This document shows, piece after piece, positions 54,572 through 64,000 of a DNA stretch of 64,000 nucleotides. The notes under the pieces are model-generated. The model had not been told where the DNA came from. It searched no databases and saw only the letters and a list, made by a program, of their open reading frames with translations. This DNA comes from Candidatus Woesearchaeota archaeon. GTDB taxonomy: Archaea; Nanobdellota; Nanobdellia; Woesearchaeales; DSVV01. Each line of letters opens with the position of its first letter. The stretch's first letter is position 1. Made by a program: the position numbers and the translations under genes. The stretch lies in assembly GCA_018657385.1 (NCBI GenBank), contig JABHXF010000028.1:1472-65471 (forward strand), read 5' to 3'.

Positions 54572-54680
54572 AAATTACCAACAATAATGGTGGCAGACGG
54601 CCATTTTCTTTCAGAAAATGTCCTATGGTCCACCCCGGAAGGGACAACCCCCAGATCATCTGCACCATTGTTGGTGATTT
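54572..54680 (-). ncRNA. Family 1 structured element, copy H (long-P2 subtype)
   Basis: The minus strand has P1 GGUGCAGA/UCUGC-C-ACC. P2 is GAUCU-GGGGGUUG-UCCC-UUCC-GGGG-U-GGACC, then AUA, and P3 is GGACAUUUUC-UGAAA-GAAAAUGGCC. Confidence 0.6.
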
Positions 54681-54704
54681 TTCTCACCATATTTATTAAA
54701 AATA

Positions 54705-55631
54705 TTATTTATGTGAATTTGGAACCGGTACAAAGTATTTAACCAAATTTTTAATATATACAATACCTACTGCCATTACAACCCCTGCAATAACTAATAA
54801 CATCCCAAATCCTTGATAGATTGTAACAGATGAATTCAAAAAAATAATACTTAACAAAGTAGTAATTGGACTTCCTAATAACAATATAGATGTTGCAACA
54901 CTTGCCTTAAGTCTTTGTAATGCATAATACCAGCTTGCAACATAAAGGAATAGGAATGCAGATGTTAATAAGATCCAAGTTAGTTGTGGTAAAGTTGTTG
55001 AAAAAGCTGTTTCCATTCTTCCTGTAATTATCCAAAATAATAATATAAACCCAAAACCAAATGCCATTCTTCCAAATGCAACAATTCTTGATGATAATTC
55101 TTTTAATACATGCTTAGATATAATATTTTCAGTTGCCCATAGTAATGTTGCAATTAATATGAATAAATTTCCTTTAGTCAATACTGCAGATGCAAATGAT
55201 GATGAAATATTTAACAACAAAGCATTTCCTATTAACAACAATCCAGCACCAGCAATAAAATATTTATTTACTTTTTCTCTCAAAAAGATAATTGCACCTA
55301 TTGTTACAAATATAAACATTGTTTTATGAATAAATGCACCAGATGCAGCAGATGTTATTGATAAACCTTTGAAAAATAATAAAAATGGAATTGAACCACC
55401 AAACAAACCAATAGCACTTAATTTTAACCATTGTTTTTTAGTAAGTTTAGTTAATTCTCTAAACTCTCCAATAAAGAATATCATTGATAATAAGAATAAA
55501 GCAACAACAACTGCTTTTAATCCTGTAAATACAAATGGATCAAATCCTTTTAACCCAAACTTATTAATAAAAATAGAAAATCCACTAACTAAAGCTGTGA
55601 AAAATGCAAACATTAACCCTTTTTTATTCAT
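54705..55631 (-). CDS. EamA/DMT-family transporter
   Basis: 308 aa with about 10 TM segments arranged as two similar halves. Confidence 0.65.
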   Translation of the reverse strand: MNKKGLMFAFFTALVSGFSIFINKFGLKGFDPFVFTGLKAVVVALFLLSMIFFIGEFRELTKLTKKQWLKLSAIGLFGGSIPFLLFFKGLSITSAASGAFIHKTMFIFVTIGAIIFLREKVNKYFIAGAGLLLIGNALLLNISSSFASAVLTKGNLFILIATLLWATENIISKHVLKELSSRIVAFGRMAFGFGFILLFWIITGRMETAFSTTLPQLTWILLTSAFLFLYVASWYYALQRLKASVATSILLLGSPITTLLSIIFLNSSVTIYQGFGMLLVIAGVVMAVGIVYIKNLVKYFVPVPNSHK

Positions 55632-55790
55632 AATAACAACCTCTTTTATCCATATTAATTAAATCTTATATAACCTAGTAATTACACTTTATCTATAGAT
55701 AGATTAAAAGCACAATTTATATATATAGATTTCGATTATATAACAAACGCACTAAATTGTTCAAAATTGATTTATGCGTTTGATATATCA

Positions 55791-55826
55791 GCAAGCAATA
55801 TGTATATTAGAAGATTTATTGCTTGC
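55791..55826 (-). terminator. Perfect 10-bp hairpin immediately after the vapC stop
   Basis: GCAAGCAATA-N16-TATTGCTTGC ends 2 nt from the vapC stop codon. Confidence 0.45.
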
Positions 55827-55827
55827 G

Positions 55828-56214
55828 TTACATAGCCTTGATTCTTAGATTTTCAACATTCTTATAATGCTTAATATTTCTTGTAATTAAAGTCATGTTG
55901 TTTGTTAATGCAATACTTGCAATAGAAATATCAAAATCATCTATAATTTTACCTTTTCTTATTAGCTTTGATTTGATTATCCCAAAAGCAACAGATGAAT
56001 CTTGATCAAGATCTAATACTTTTACATTAAAAAGAAAATTAGATATTCCATTAGTATGCCTTGTTGGATTTCCAGAATTATATGCACCAAAATACAACTC
56101 ACATAAAGAAACTGTTGACACATTCAGACCAGACATATTATTTAGTTGAGAAACTATTTCATCATTACTCCTCAAATATTCAATAATAACATCTGTATCT
56201 AAAATATATCTCAT
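55828..56214 (-). CDS. vapC: PIN-domain toxin VapC
   Basis: 128 aa. It starts MRYILDTDVIIEY with the first acidic residue, and the later conserved acidic positions are present. It overlaps the upstream antitoxin gene by 4 nt. Confidence 0.8.
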   Translation of the reverse strand: MRYILDTDVIIEYLRSNDEIVSQLNNMSGLNVSTVSLCELYFGAYNSGNPTRHTNGISNFLFNVKVLDLDQDSSVAFGIIKSKLIRKGKIIDDFDISIASIALTNNMTLITRNIKHYKNVENLRIKAM

Positions 56215-56489
56215 AATTTAACCTCTGGTCTAGTACCTTTACTTTTTCTTGACTTATAAATCTCTTTAATTAATTTATCACAATCAATATCACTCCAACT
56301 ACCTGCTGCTTTCATCATCATTTTTTTCCTTTCAGCACTACTTAAAGATGATTTTACAGCATAATTAATTGCATTTGTTATTTTCACTTTGTTTAAACCT
56401 TCTAGCACTTTATTTTTTTCCAGCATTTTTTGCAATTTTATAATATCCTTATATGTATCTTCTGATACCTTTATTGATTTTAATTTCAT
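56211..56489 (-). CDS. vapB: VapB-like antitoxin
   Basis: I chose the start MKLKSIKVSEDTYKDIIKLQ at 56489, which is preceded by AAGGTGGT. It is a small protein coupled to vapC by an ATGA overlap. The track ORF extends to 56540. Confidence 0.55.
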   Translation of the reverse strand: MKLKSIKVSEDTYKDIIKLQKMLEKNKVLEGLNKVKITNAINYAVKSSLSSAERKKMMMKAAGSWSDIDCDKLIKEIYKSRKSKGTRPEVKL

Positions 56490-56746
56490 ATTACCACCTT
56501 TAGTGGTATAAAAGTGGTAATGATTTATATTTTTTTCCACAAATTGAATATGTATAACTCCTTAATATGTTTAATTGAATGATTTTTGGAAGATTTCCGA
56601 GAATGAAAAATTAAGAATAGCTGATTTCGAAAATAGTATTTAAAGTAAGAAAATCTAGCGGAAGATTTACATCTTTTTTGACAGATTTCCGTAGAAAAGG
56701 CTCTCAATTGAAAAGAATTATATATGAATCTAACTTTTTTAATATT

Positions 56747-57154
56747 ATGACAAAGATATACTGCTTTGGTAATAAGGATTTAGAAGAAGATAATATAGCA
56801 TTAAAACTAGCAGATGAATTTAATAATGATACTGAATTAACATTAAAAGGATTTGAGTTTGAGAAAGCAACTAATCCTGATTTCTTTCTTAATGAAAATT
56901 TTGAAAACAAAGAAATTGTAATAATTGATGCAGTCAAAGGCATAGACAATATTAAGATTATTAATAATCTAGATGATCTCAAAGAAACAAAAACAACTAC
57001 AATGCATGATTTTGATTTGGGTAATACCTTGAAATTATTAAAAAAATTAGATAAAGTAAAAGAAGTTACAATAATAGGAATACCTTATGGAAAAGAATTG
57101 AAGAAGTTTGATAAGGAAAGTATTAAGATGATATTACAATCTTTGGGTAATTAG
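56747..57154 (+). CDS. Hydrogenase maturation endopeptidase (HycI/HybD-like)
   Basis: I chose the start MTKIYCFGNKDLEEDNIALKLADEF, which fits the GN..xxDDxxG-type motif, and there is a later MHDF His. The track ORF starts at 56678. Confidence 0.65.
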   Translation: MTKIYCFGNKDLEEDNIALKLADEFNNDTELTLKGFEFEKATNPDFFLNENFENKEIVIIDAVKGIDNIKIINNLDDLKETKTTTMHDFDLGNTLKLLKKLDKVKEVTIIGIPYGKELKKFDKESIKMILQSLGN

Positions 57155-57200
57155 ATTGGTTTTGATTAGTAAATAAATAAGAATAAATTTTTAAAAAATT

Positions 57201-57233
57201 AAAATTCCTGAGAAACACGTCCTCCGGACCTAG
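57201..57233 (-). terminator. GGACCTAG box, copy 7 (no adjacent family 1 core)
   Basis: The minus strand reads CTAGGTCCGGAGGACGTGTTTCTCAGGAATTTTAATTTTTT, starting 51 nt after the hydA stop. Confidence 0.45.
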
Positions 57234-57284
57234 TTAAAAAAAACAAAACATAATAAAACAGAATTAAAAATAAATAATCAACTT

Positions 57285-58574
57285 CTAACTTCTTTCAATA
57301 TCCCATTCTAAGAAATGAGAACTACAACTAAAACAAGGATCATATGCTCTAATCAACATTTCAACCTGTCTTTTCAATACTGATTCTGGCTTATTTAATA
57401 AACTAGGAATCATTAATTTGAGATCTTCTTCCATCTGTTTTAGATTCTGAGCAGTTGGTGTTATTATATTAGAATGTCTACAAAATCCATCTTTACTAAT
57501 AGTATAATCATGAAGCAATAAACCTCTAGGGGCTTCTGTTATTGCAACTCCCCTACCTGCTTTTACTTTATAATCAACAACATCTTCTTGTTTTGGTTTT
57601 AGTGTTTCTAAAATCTCAATAATCCTATCAAAGCTATGTAAAACTTCTACTGCTTGTGCAATATTATTATGATATGGATTTTCAAAATCAATCTTGTTTA
57701 GATATTTGCTAGCATCTTTTGATAAGCTATTTCCATTAACTTGTAATCTTGCTAAAGCACCATTAAAAAATGGTTTTCCCTTATACAATACAACTTTTGC
57801 TGTGGAACCTTTTTTTACATGTTCATCAAATATAGTATTATAATCTTTTTCTTGGAAACATATACCACCAACACAATTAATCTTTCCCTTATGGAAAGAA
57901 TGTGTTTTATTAGTTAATCCAAAAGCTTGTGTTTCTCTTTTGAAGTTAGGGTATTTTAATTTTGCAAATAAATCAACACTTGCTTTTGCAAGTTTTTTTG
58001 CTTTCTTAAACTTAATTAATAGATCTTTTAATCTCTCTTTTTCAGGAATCTTTGAAAAGCCACCAACAACAGCTGTAATTGGGTGGATTTCACGACCACC
58101 AACAACTGTAACAAGTTCATTACCTAATTTTTTTAAGTTTAGGCCCATCAAAACCTTGTCTTTATGTTTTGAAGCCATTGCAATTGCACTTTCATAACCA
58201 AAATAATCTGGCATAGCTAATAAACAAAGATGCATAACATGATTTTGAATAGTAGTCCCATATAATAATAAATCTCTTAAAACATCAGTTTGTTTACTTA
58301 CTTTAACACCAAATGCATCTTCTGTTGCCATTAATGAAGTAATAGCATGAGAAGGACTGCATGTCCCACATATTCTAGAAGTTAAAGGACTTAATTCAGT
58401 ATATTTTCTACACATAATAAGACTTTCAAAAAATCTTGCACTTTCATAAACATCAAGTTTAACTCTTTTTAATTTGTTTTTTTCTATTTTAATACTAAGC
58501 TTTGCATGGCCTTCTATCTTAGTTATGTGATTAAGTTTGATTGTTTTATTTCCTTTTGTTTTTATAAGAGCCAT
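57285..58574 (-). CDS. hydA: [NiFe] hydrogenase large subunit, group 3b (sulfhydrogenase alpha)
   Basis: 429 aa. The N-terminal motif is RICGTCSPSH (RxCGxC), and the C-terminal Ni-binding motif is DPCFSCSSH (DPCxxCxxH). Confidence 0.9.
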   Translation of the reverse strand: MALIKTKGNKTIKLNHITKIEGHAKLSIKIEKNKLKRVKLDVYESARFFESLIMCRKYTELSPLTSRICGTCSPSHAITSLMATEDAFGVKVSKQTDVLRDLLLYGTTIQNHVMHLCLLAMPDYFGYESAIAMASKHKDKVLMGLNLKKLGNELVTVVGGREIHPITAVVGGFSKIPEKERLKDLLIKFKKAKKLAKASVDLFAKLKYPNFKRETQAFGLTNKTHSFHKGKINCVGGICFQEKDYNTIFDEHVKKGSTAKVVLYKGKPFFNGALARLQVNGNSLSKDASKYLNKIDFENPYHNNIAQAVEVLHSFDRIIEILETLKPKQEDVVDYKVKAGRGVAITEAPRGLLLHDYTISKDGFCRHSNIITPTAQNLKQMEEDLKLMIPSLLNKPESVLKRQVEMLIRAYDPCFSCSSHFLEWDIERS

Positions 58575-58575
58575 T

Positions 58576-59445
58576 TTATTTTTTCCTTCTTTTTTTAGAT
58601 TTTTTTGATTTTGTAGTAGATTTTGCAGATTTTTTTGTTGTCTTTGTTGTTTTTCCTAATTTTCTTTGTCTAATATCACATGTTTGACCAACAACCTTAG
58701 CAAAAATCTTAGATGTTCCTGCATATCCTCTGAAAAATCTTTTGATATCTTCATTACTAAATCCCATTTTTTCATAAAGTTTAACTATCCTATCAATATT
58801 TGCATCTTCTATTGGTCCTCTACAACCTTTACAAGGAATTCCACAATTTGTACAAACAGAATCACAACCACCATTTGTTATAGGACCCATACAAGCTTTG
58901 CCTTGCTGTAATAAACAGGGATTTTTATTTTCTCTGCATTCTTTACAAACTGGATAATCAGGTTGTCTTGGTGTTTTCCCTACCATTAATTCCTTCATCA
59001 CATGCAAAAATTCATATTTATTTGGTGGACAACCATGCATAAAATAATCAACTTTAACATAATTAGCAATTCCATCTGCTCTAATTGATTTTATTACTTT
59101 TGTACTTTTATAGACTGGAACTTCTATTTCTTCTTCTGTGTAAAAGTCTTTAATTGATGGAACACCACCATAACTTGCACAAGTACCAAGAGCAACAACA
59201 TATTTAGTTTTTTTCCTAATCTTTCTTACTTCAATTGCTTCTTTTTTAGTTGTGATTGCACCCTCAACAAAAGCAACATCAAAATCACCTTCATCATTTT
59301 CTGCTTTAGCCATTGGAAAATGAGCAATATTTGCTTTTGTGAATAAATCTAATAGTTCGTCTTCTAAATCAAGTATCTCAAACTGGCAACCAGCACAACT
59401 TGTAAAGGAAAAGATTCCTATTTTGAGTTTTTTGTTTTTTACCAT
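58576..59445 (-). CDS. hydD: [NiFe] hydrogenase small subunit (delta) with a Lys-rich C-terminal tail
   Basis: 289 aa. It has the proximal-cluster Cys pattern (SCAGCQ ... GTCASYGG) and further Cys clusters. It ends with TKKSAKSTTKSKKSKKRRKK. Confidence 0.85.
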   Translation of the reverse strand: MVKNKKLKIGIFSFTSCAGCQFEILDLEDELLDLFTKANIAHFPMAKAENDEGDFDVAFVEGAITTKKEAIEVRKIRKKTKYVVALGTCASYGGVPSIKDFYTEEEIEVPVYKSTKVIKSIRADGIANYVKVDYFMHGCPPNKYEFLHVMKELMVGKTPRQPDYPVCKECRENKNPCLLQQGKACMGPITNGGCDSVCTNCGIPCKGCRGPIEDANIDRIVKLYEKMGFSNEDIKRFFRGYAGTSKIFAKVVGQTCDIRQRKLGKTTKTTKKSAKSTTKSKKSKKRRKK

Positions 59446-59453
59446 GTTATTTT

Positions 59454-60239
59454 TTAATCAGTCATATTCTTTGCAATATCATAACTAAATACAGGACCAT
59501 TCTTACATACATATTTACCACCAACTTCACAATGTCCGCATTTACCTATTCCACAACTCATTAATCTCTCAAATGATATATATATATTTTCTTCTTTTAT
59601 TCCTTTTGTTAATAAAGATTTAACAGCAAACTTAATCATAATTGGAGGTCCGCAAACAATAGCTATAGTATTACTCTTAATATCTGCTTTTTCTATAAGT
59701 TTAGTGATTACACCTGTATTACACTTAAGTTCTTTACTTTTGCAATCTAAAGTAAAATCAAAATCAAATAACTTCCCCCATTTTTTAAAATTTCTTTTGA
59801 AAAGTATTGCTTTATCATGTCTAAACCCAAAGAAAAGCTTGACATTATCGAATTTATTAAGATTTTGTTCAATATAATCAACAGCACCAATCAAAGGTGC
59901 AACACCAGTTCCACCACCCACCAAAATAATATCTTTATTATGAAACTTTTTCATTGGATAACCTTTTCCATATGGACCTCGAATCCAAAGATAATCTCCT
60001 ATCTTTTTCTTATGAATTGCATTTGTTACATTACCTACATTTCTTATACATAAATCAACAAATTTATTTGAATGAGATGAAAATGAAATTGGAGCTTCAC
60101 CAATACCAAGAACAGAAACATTAACAAACTGACCAGGATCATGATCTATTTTAAAACTCACCCTAAATGTTTTAGTGTCATCTGTTTCATTCATAATTTT
60201 AATGATTTTTACTTTTTTAGGTAGGTATGGGTTATTCAT
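59454..60239 (-). CDS. hydG: Sulfhydrogenase gamma subunit (FAD/NAD(P)-binding oxidoreductase with a [2Fe-2S] motif)
   Basis: 261 aa. GGGTGVAP is the nucleotide-binding loop, and the C-terminal cluster motif is CGIGKCGHCEVG. Confidence 0.85.
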   Translation of the reverse strand: MNNPYLPKKVKIIKIMNETDDTKTFRVSFKIDHDPGQFVNVSVLGIGEAPISFSSHSNKFVDLCIRNVGNVTNAIHKKKIGDYLWIRGPYGKGYPMKKFHNKDIILVGGGTGVAPLIGAVDYIEQNLNKFDNVKLFFGFRHDKAILFKRNFKKWGKLFDFDFTLDCKSKELKCNTGVITKLIEKADIKSNTIAIVCGPPIMIKFAVKSLLTKGIKEENIYISFERLMSCGIGKCGHCEVGGKYVCKNGPVFSYDIAKNMTD

Positions 60240-61261
60240 TTTAATTCTCCGTAATATTCAAAAATATTAATTCCAACTGGACATGCAGTATTACATCTTC
60301 CACAACCAACACATCTTGGATAACCATATTTTTCTTTGAAATATATAAACTTACAATGTATACGTTGTTTTCCTCTTGCTCCTCTGTCTTTTCTAAATAC
60401 AAAACCACCTGCAACTTTTGAAAAATTAAGCAACTGACAGCTTGCCCAGTCTCTATGTTTATTGCCTGATTTAAGATCAATATCTAAATGACCATCAATT
60501 GTAAAACACATACAAGTTGGACATACAACAGTACAAGCAGAACAACTTAAGCAATCTTCCCCATATCTCTTCCATGTTTTTTTATTATCTGTTTTAACAT
60601 CTTTTGGTTTGTAAATCTTATGTCTAGGTGGTTCATACGCTACTTTAGTAAGTTGGAATAATTTATTTTCATTCTTAATCATATCAAATAATTCCTCACC
60701 TTTTCTTGAATTGATATTAATAATATAATCTCCTTCATGAGAAATTAGTTTTAAGTCATAACAATCAATTAAATCAATATCAACACATTTACAATTATTT
60801 GATGCAATACATGGTGTTTCTATAAGAATTGAATTATCTCTTTTTTCTTTGTAATATGGATCTTGTGGTTCATCTAACATAATTAAATCATTTCTATGTA
60901 CACCATTAACATCACATCTGTTCATAAAAAATACTCTTTTTTTAGGTTTTGATTTTACTTCTACAATTTTATTTTTCTTAAATTTAAGAAGTGTTTCATT
61001 TGGAGGCAAAAAAAAGTCTTTAGGAGAGTAAAGAGTCATATTAAAGACAAGTTTATCTGCTTCTCCTTTTTTTATAGTTTGAAATTGAGGAATATTACTA
61101 AAACATTTAATTGTTTTATTAGATGACTTATTAGTATCATTAGAACTAGGATAAATTTCATTATAGTTTGAAGTATTATTAACAGGAGCAATAACTTCAT
61201 ATTTAGATATAAGTAACTCTACAAAACTATTAAAATCACCCTTTTTCAGCAAATATGCCAT
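60236..61261 (-). CDS. hydB: Sulfhydrogenase beta subunit (4Fe-4S ferredoxin-domain protein)
   Basis: 341 aa containing CLSCSACTVVCPTC and CVGCGRCNTACP. It overlaps hydG by 4 nt, giving the order hydB-G-D-A. Confidence 0.85.
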   Translation of the reverse strand: MAYLLKKGDFNSFVELLISKYEVIAPVNNTSNYNEIYPSSNDTNKSSNKTIKCFSNIPQFQTIKKGEADKLVFNMTLYSPKDFFLPPNETLLKFKKNKIVEVKSKPKKRVFFMNRCDVNGVHRNDLIMLDEPQDPYYKEKRDNSILIETPCIASNNCKCVDIDLIDCYDLKLISHEGDYIININSRKGEELFDMIKNENKLFQLTKVAYEPPRHKIYKPKDVKTDNKKTWKRYGEDCLSCSACTVVCPTCMCFTIDGHLDIDLKSGNKHRDWASCQLLNFSKVAGGFVFRKDRGARGKQRIHCKFIYFKEKYGYPRCVGCGRCNTACPVGINIFEYYGELK

Positions 61262-61363
61262 TATAGAGAATTATTGATATATTTATATATAAAGTTAATG
61301 GTAATAAGGCAGAATTATTATTTAGATAATAGTTTTGTTTAGATATAAAGTTTTTGAATTTAA

Positions 61364-63538
61364 TCAGCTAATCAATAATAAGATATCTTCACCATACTTA
61401 CTTATCTTTGCCATGCCTAAGCCATGGATAGAATTAAGTTCTCCAATTGATGCAGGCATCTTATCAACAATATCAAATATAGTTCTATCAGTAAGGATTC
61501 TATAGGCAGGAATTTTATACTTTCTACTAAGCTCAAGACGCCATTCTTTCAGACTTGCAATTGCTTCAGCATCTTTGTTGTTGCTTTTTGTCTTTTGAAT
61601 TTTATATAAATTAGGATAGTTAGTATTATTTGAAGAAGATGTAGAAACATTAGTTAATTTCTTCTTTAAATTTAATTTATCCTTGTTAAACATTACAGTC
61701 ATCTCAGGAGTAATAAAATAACTTGGTTTAGAACCTGAATAAGTTATTCTTAAACTTTTTTTAGCTCGGCTCATTCCAACATAGAATAATCTTCTCTCCT
61801 CTTCCTCTTTATCATATTCATTTACTTTGATCATTTCAACAACAGGATGTTCAGTTCCTTTACATGGAAAGTTTTGAGAGGTTGCACCTATTAAAAATAC
61901 AAGTTCTGCTTCCATCCCCTTAATCCCATGAATTGTTGCTAATGTGATTTCATCTTGTTTTGCTATTATATTCATAGAAGCTTTCATTTCATCACTTCTC
62001 CTAATATGTTTAATATTTCTTGCCTTCATCAAATTAGAAAGATCATTTAATAATCGATTTGTCCTAGCTAAAACAAAGATTTCATTAAGTGGAAGTTTAG
62101 AGGCTTGGATTTCATTTATTAAATAATCAAACTCTTCCATCTCAGAACTAAAATTAAGTAATTTCAAATCTGCCTTATCATCATTAACAGTATCAAGATC
62201 AGGAAGCTGCATCTTTTTAATTGATTCATTTATTAGCTTAACAATTGGTTTACTTGAACGATAATTTTTTGTTAATGTAATAATCTCACAATCAGGATAT
62301 TTTTCTTCAAATCCCAATATGTAAGATACATCAGAACCTCTCCATCCAAAAATAGATTGACGAGGATCACCAACAATAAACATATTCTTTGCATCAAGAA
62401 TATCTAAAAGCTTAATTTGGGTTGAGTTAACATCTTGATATTCATCTACTAAAATATAATCATAATTAGGTATTTTATCCTTATGATTTTCAAATAACCA
62501 AATTGAATCCATTAATTGGTCTGCAAAATCCCTAAGACCATGTTTTTTCATGTATGCATCAATATAAGTGCACACACCAAACATAAGATTAGCTGCTGTA
62601 ATATGTTTATTATCAATCTCAGAAAATAATTCTTTGTCTATTGAATTATTTTTAAATTTGAAATAATCACGAATAAAAAAACAATCATTAGCAAAAACAT
62701 TTGCAAGTTGTTCCATTGTTTTACTTCGCATTTGTTGAGGTGAAAAATAAGTTGATATTGCCCTATTCATACTAGTATTTAATTTTTCTAATGCATTATT
62801 TATAATCCTTACTTTATCACGATAACTAAGAACTCGTACTTCTTTATCATACACTAATTGACTATTTCTTCTAAGAATTTTCTCACAGAATGAGTTAAAA
62901 GTTTCTATGTTTACATCTTCTAATCCATTACTATGAACTCTGGAAACCATTTCTTGTCTTGCTTTTCTAGTAAAAGTAATTGCTAATATCTTTTTAGGAT
63001 CAACTGAACAATACTTTACAAGAAATTCAATTCTTTTTGTAAGCACAGTAGTTTTTCCAGAACCAGCTCCTGCAATACAAAGCATATGACTATTTTTTGA
63101 GATAATTGCTTTTTTTTGTAGATCATTATAATCAGAAAGAAATGAACCAAAAGCATCAAAAGTTTTTTTATCTTCTTCAGTTATTTCTGTTTTTGCATGA
63201 TTGTAATTAAAGCCTAACTTTTTTTTATAAAATTGTGGATTTAATATTTCTGCTCTACCTTTTTCTGATATTTCCAAAACTTTTAAGAACTTATTCCATG
63301 GAACAGATACTAGAGTAATAAGACTATTTAGTGTTAATGAATCAATTAGTTGAATAATTTCATCTTCACTATATGCAAGGCTCCCAAAACTGCTTAATTT
63401 ATCTAATCTATTTTTTTGAATTGACTTATTACTTGCCTTACCTGATAAAAAATCAGCTAGAAGCTTTTTACCTACACCAAATGGTATTTCATTAAGTGCT
63501 TTAAGAATATTGATGTAATCTAGCTCTTTTTTTTCCAT
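61364..63538 (-). CDS. UvrD/Rep-family SF1 helicase with an N-terminal winged-helix (RQC-like) module and a C-terminal HRDC domain
   Basis: 724 aa. AGAGSGKT is the Walker A motif and VDEYQD is motif II. The C-terminal EWRLELSRKYKIPAYRILTDRTIFDIVDKMPASIGELNSIHGLGMAKISKYGEDIL looks like an HRDC domain. Confidence 0.8.
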   Translation of the reverse strand: MEKKELDYINILKALNEIPFGVGKKLLADFLSGKASNKSIQKNRLDKLSSFGSLAYSEDEIIQLIDSLTLNSLITLVSVPWNKFLKVLEISEKGRAEILNPQFYKKKLGFNYNHAKTEITEEDKKTFDAFGSFLSDYNDLQKKAIISKNSHMLCIAGAGSGKTTVLTKRIEFLVKYCSVDPKKILAITFTRKARQEMVSRVHSNGLEDVNIETFNSFCEKILRRNSQLVYDKEVRVLSYRDKVRIINNALEKLNTSMNRAISTYFSPQQMRSKTMEQLANVFANDCFFIRDYFKFKNNSIDKELFSEIDNKHITAANLMFGVCTYIDAYMKKHGLRDFADQLMDSIWLFENHKDKIPNYDYILVDEYQDVNSTQIKLLDILDAKNMFIVGDPRQSIFGWRGSDVSYILGFEEKYPDCEIITLTKNYRSSKPIVKLINESIKKMQLPDLDTVNDDKADLKLLNFSSEMEEFDYLINEIQASKLPLNEIFVLARTNRLLNDLSNLMKARNIKHIRRSDEMKASMNIIAKQDEITLATIHGIKGMEAELVFLIGATSQNFPCKGTEHPVVEMIKVNEYDKEEEERRLFYVGMSRAKKSLRITYSGSKPSYFITPEMTVMFNKDKLNLKKKLTNVSTSSSNNTNYPNLYKIQKTKSNNKDAEAIASLKEWRLELSRKYKIPAYRILTDRTIFDIVDKMPASIGELNSIHGLGMAKISKYGEDILLLIS

Positions 63539-63676
63539 GATTGTGTGAAAATAGAGATTATTTATGTATTTTTGTGTTTTTATGAGTATATGTGAATGTT
63601 ATTATCCATTAATGTCAAAGCCAGGAACATGAAAATTTTATTAAAATATATAAAGACCAGATGGAATTCTTATATT

Positions 63677-64000
63677 ATGATAACTTGTGATAAATGTAAA
63701 GGTCAATGCTGTAAAACATTAGCTGTACAACTAGAAACACCAACAACATATGATGATTATGAGGATATATATTGGTATCTCTATCACAAACCAGCTATTA
63801 TTTATGTAGATGTAGAAGATAGATGGTGGATTGAGTTTCCAACTAAATGTAGTAAACTAGATAAAAATGGAAAATGTACAGAATATGAAACAAGACCACC
63901 TGTTTGTAGAAAAGCTAAGGTTCAAGATTGTGAAGTAAATAAAGAAGAAATTAAGATCATGTTTAAAGATGAAAAAGAATATAAAGAATATTTTGATGAA
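63677..64000 (+). CDS. YkgJ-like CxxCxxCC zinc/iron-chelating domain protein (3' end off-window)
   Basis: The frame is open from the ATG at 63677 to the window end. It contains CDKCKGQCC at the N-terminus and later CSKLDKNGKCTEYETRPPVCR. Confidence 0.5.
   Translation, partial: MITCDKCKGQCCKTLAVQLETPTTYDDYEDIYWYLYHKPAIIYVDVEDRWWIEFPTKCSKLDKNGKCTEYETRPPVCRKAKVQDCEVNKEEIKIMFKDEKEYKEYFDE

Overview
This is a very AT-rich archaeal chromosome segment. Archaeal markers are archaeal-type uS15, TFS, Kae1, membrane LonB, diphthine synthase, EndoQ, archaeal-type PEP carboxylase, FtsZ plus SepF, and a tRNA with a bulge-helix-bulge intron. The gene content has a small-genome, DPANN-like flavour, but lineage cannot be fixed from this window. 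I support about 69 protein genes. They fall into DNA repair (XPD, EndoV, EndoIII, EndoQ, a UvrD-like helicase, a RecJ/GAN-like protein); cell division; a MoxR-DUF58-vWA (Bat-like) operon; a group 3b [NiFe] hydrogenase hydBGDA cluster with HypC, a maturation protease and a VapBC pair; and three TrmB-family regulators in paralogous modules. There is one tRNA-Gln(UUG) with a 40-nt intron, and no rRNA, CRISPR array, transposase or integrase. The most striking signal is non-coding. Eight GC-rich intergenic islands fold into one conserved three-way-junction structure with compensatory base changes between copies, which suggests a multi-copy small RNA or structured mobile element that I cannot assign to any named family. 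Most copies are accompanied by a conserved GGACCTAG box that sits just past the stop codon of a convergent gene. Other repeats are a 65-nt promoter-upstream block, long GT-rich/AC-rich palindromes, a (CTTA)n microsatellite, 13-bp iterons and a shared TrmB-promoter palindrome. All functional calls rest on motifs read by eye and on family knowledge from memory. No searches were run.
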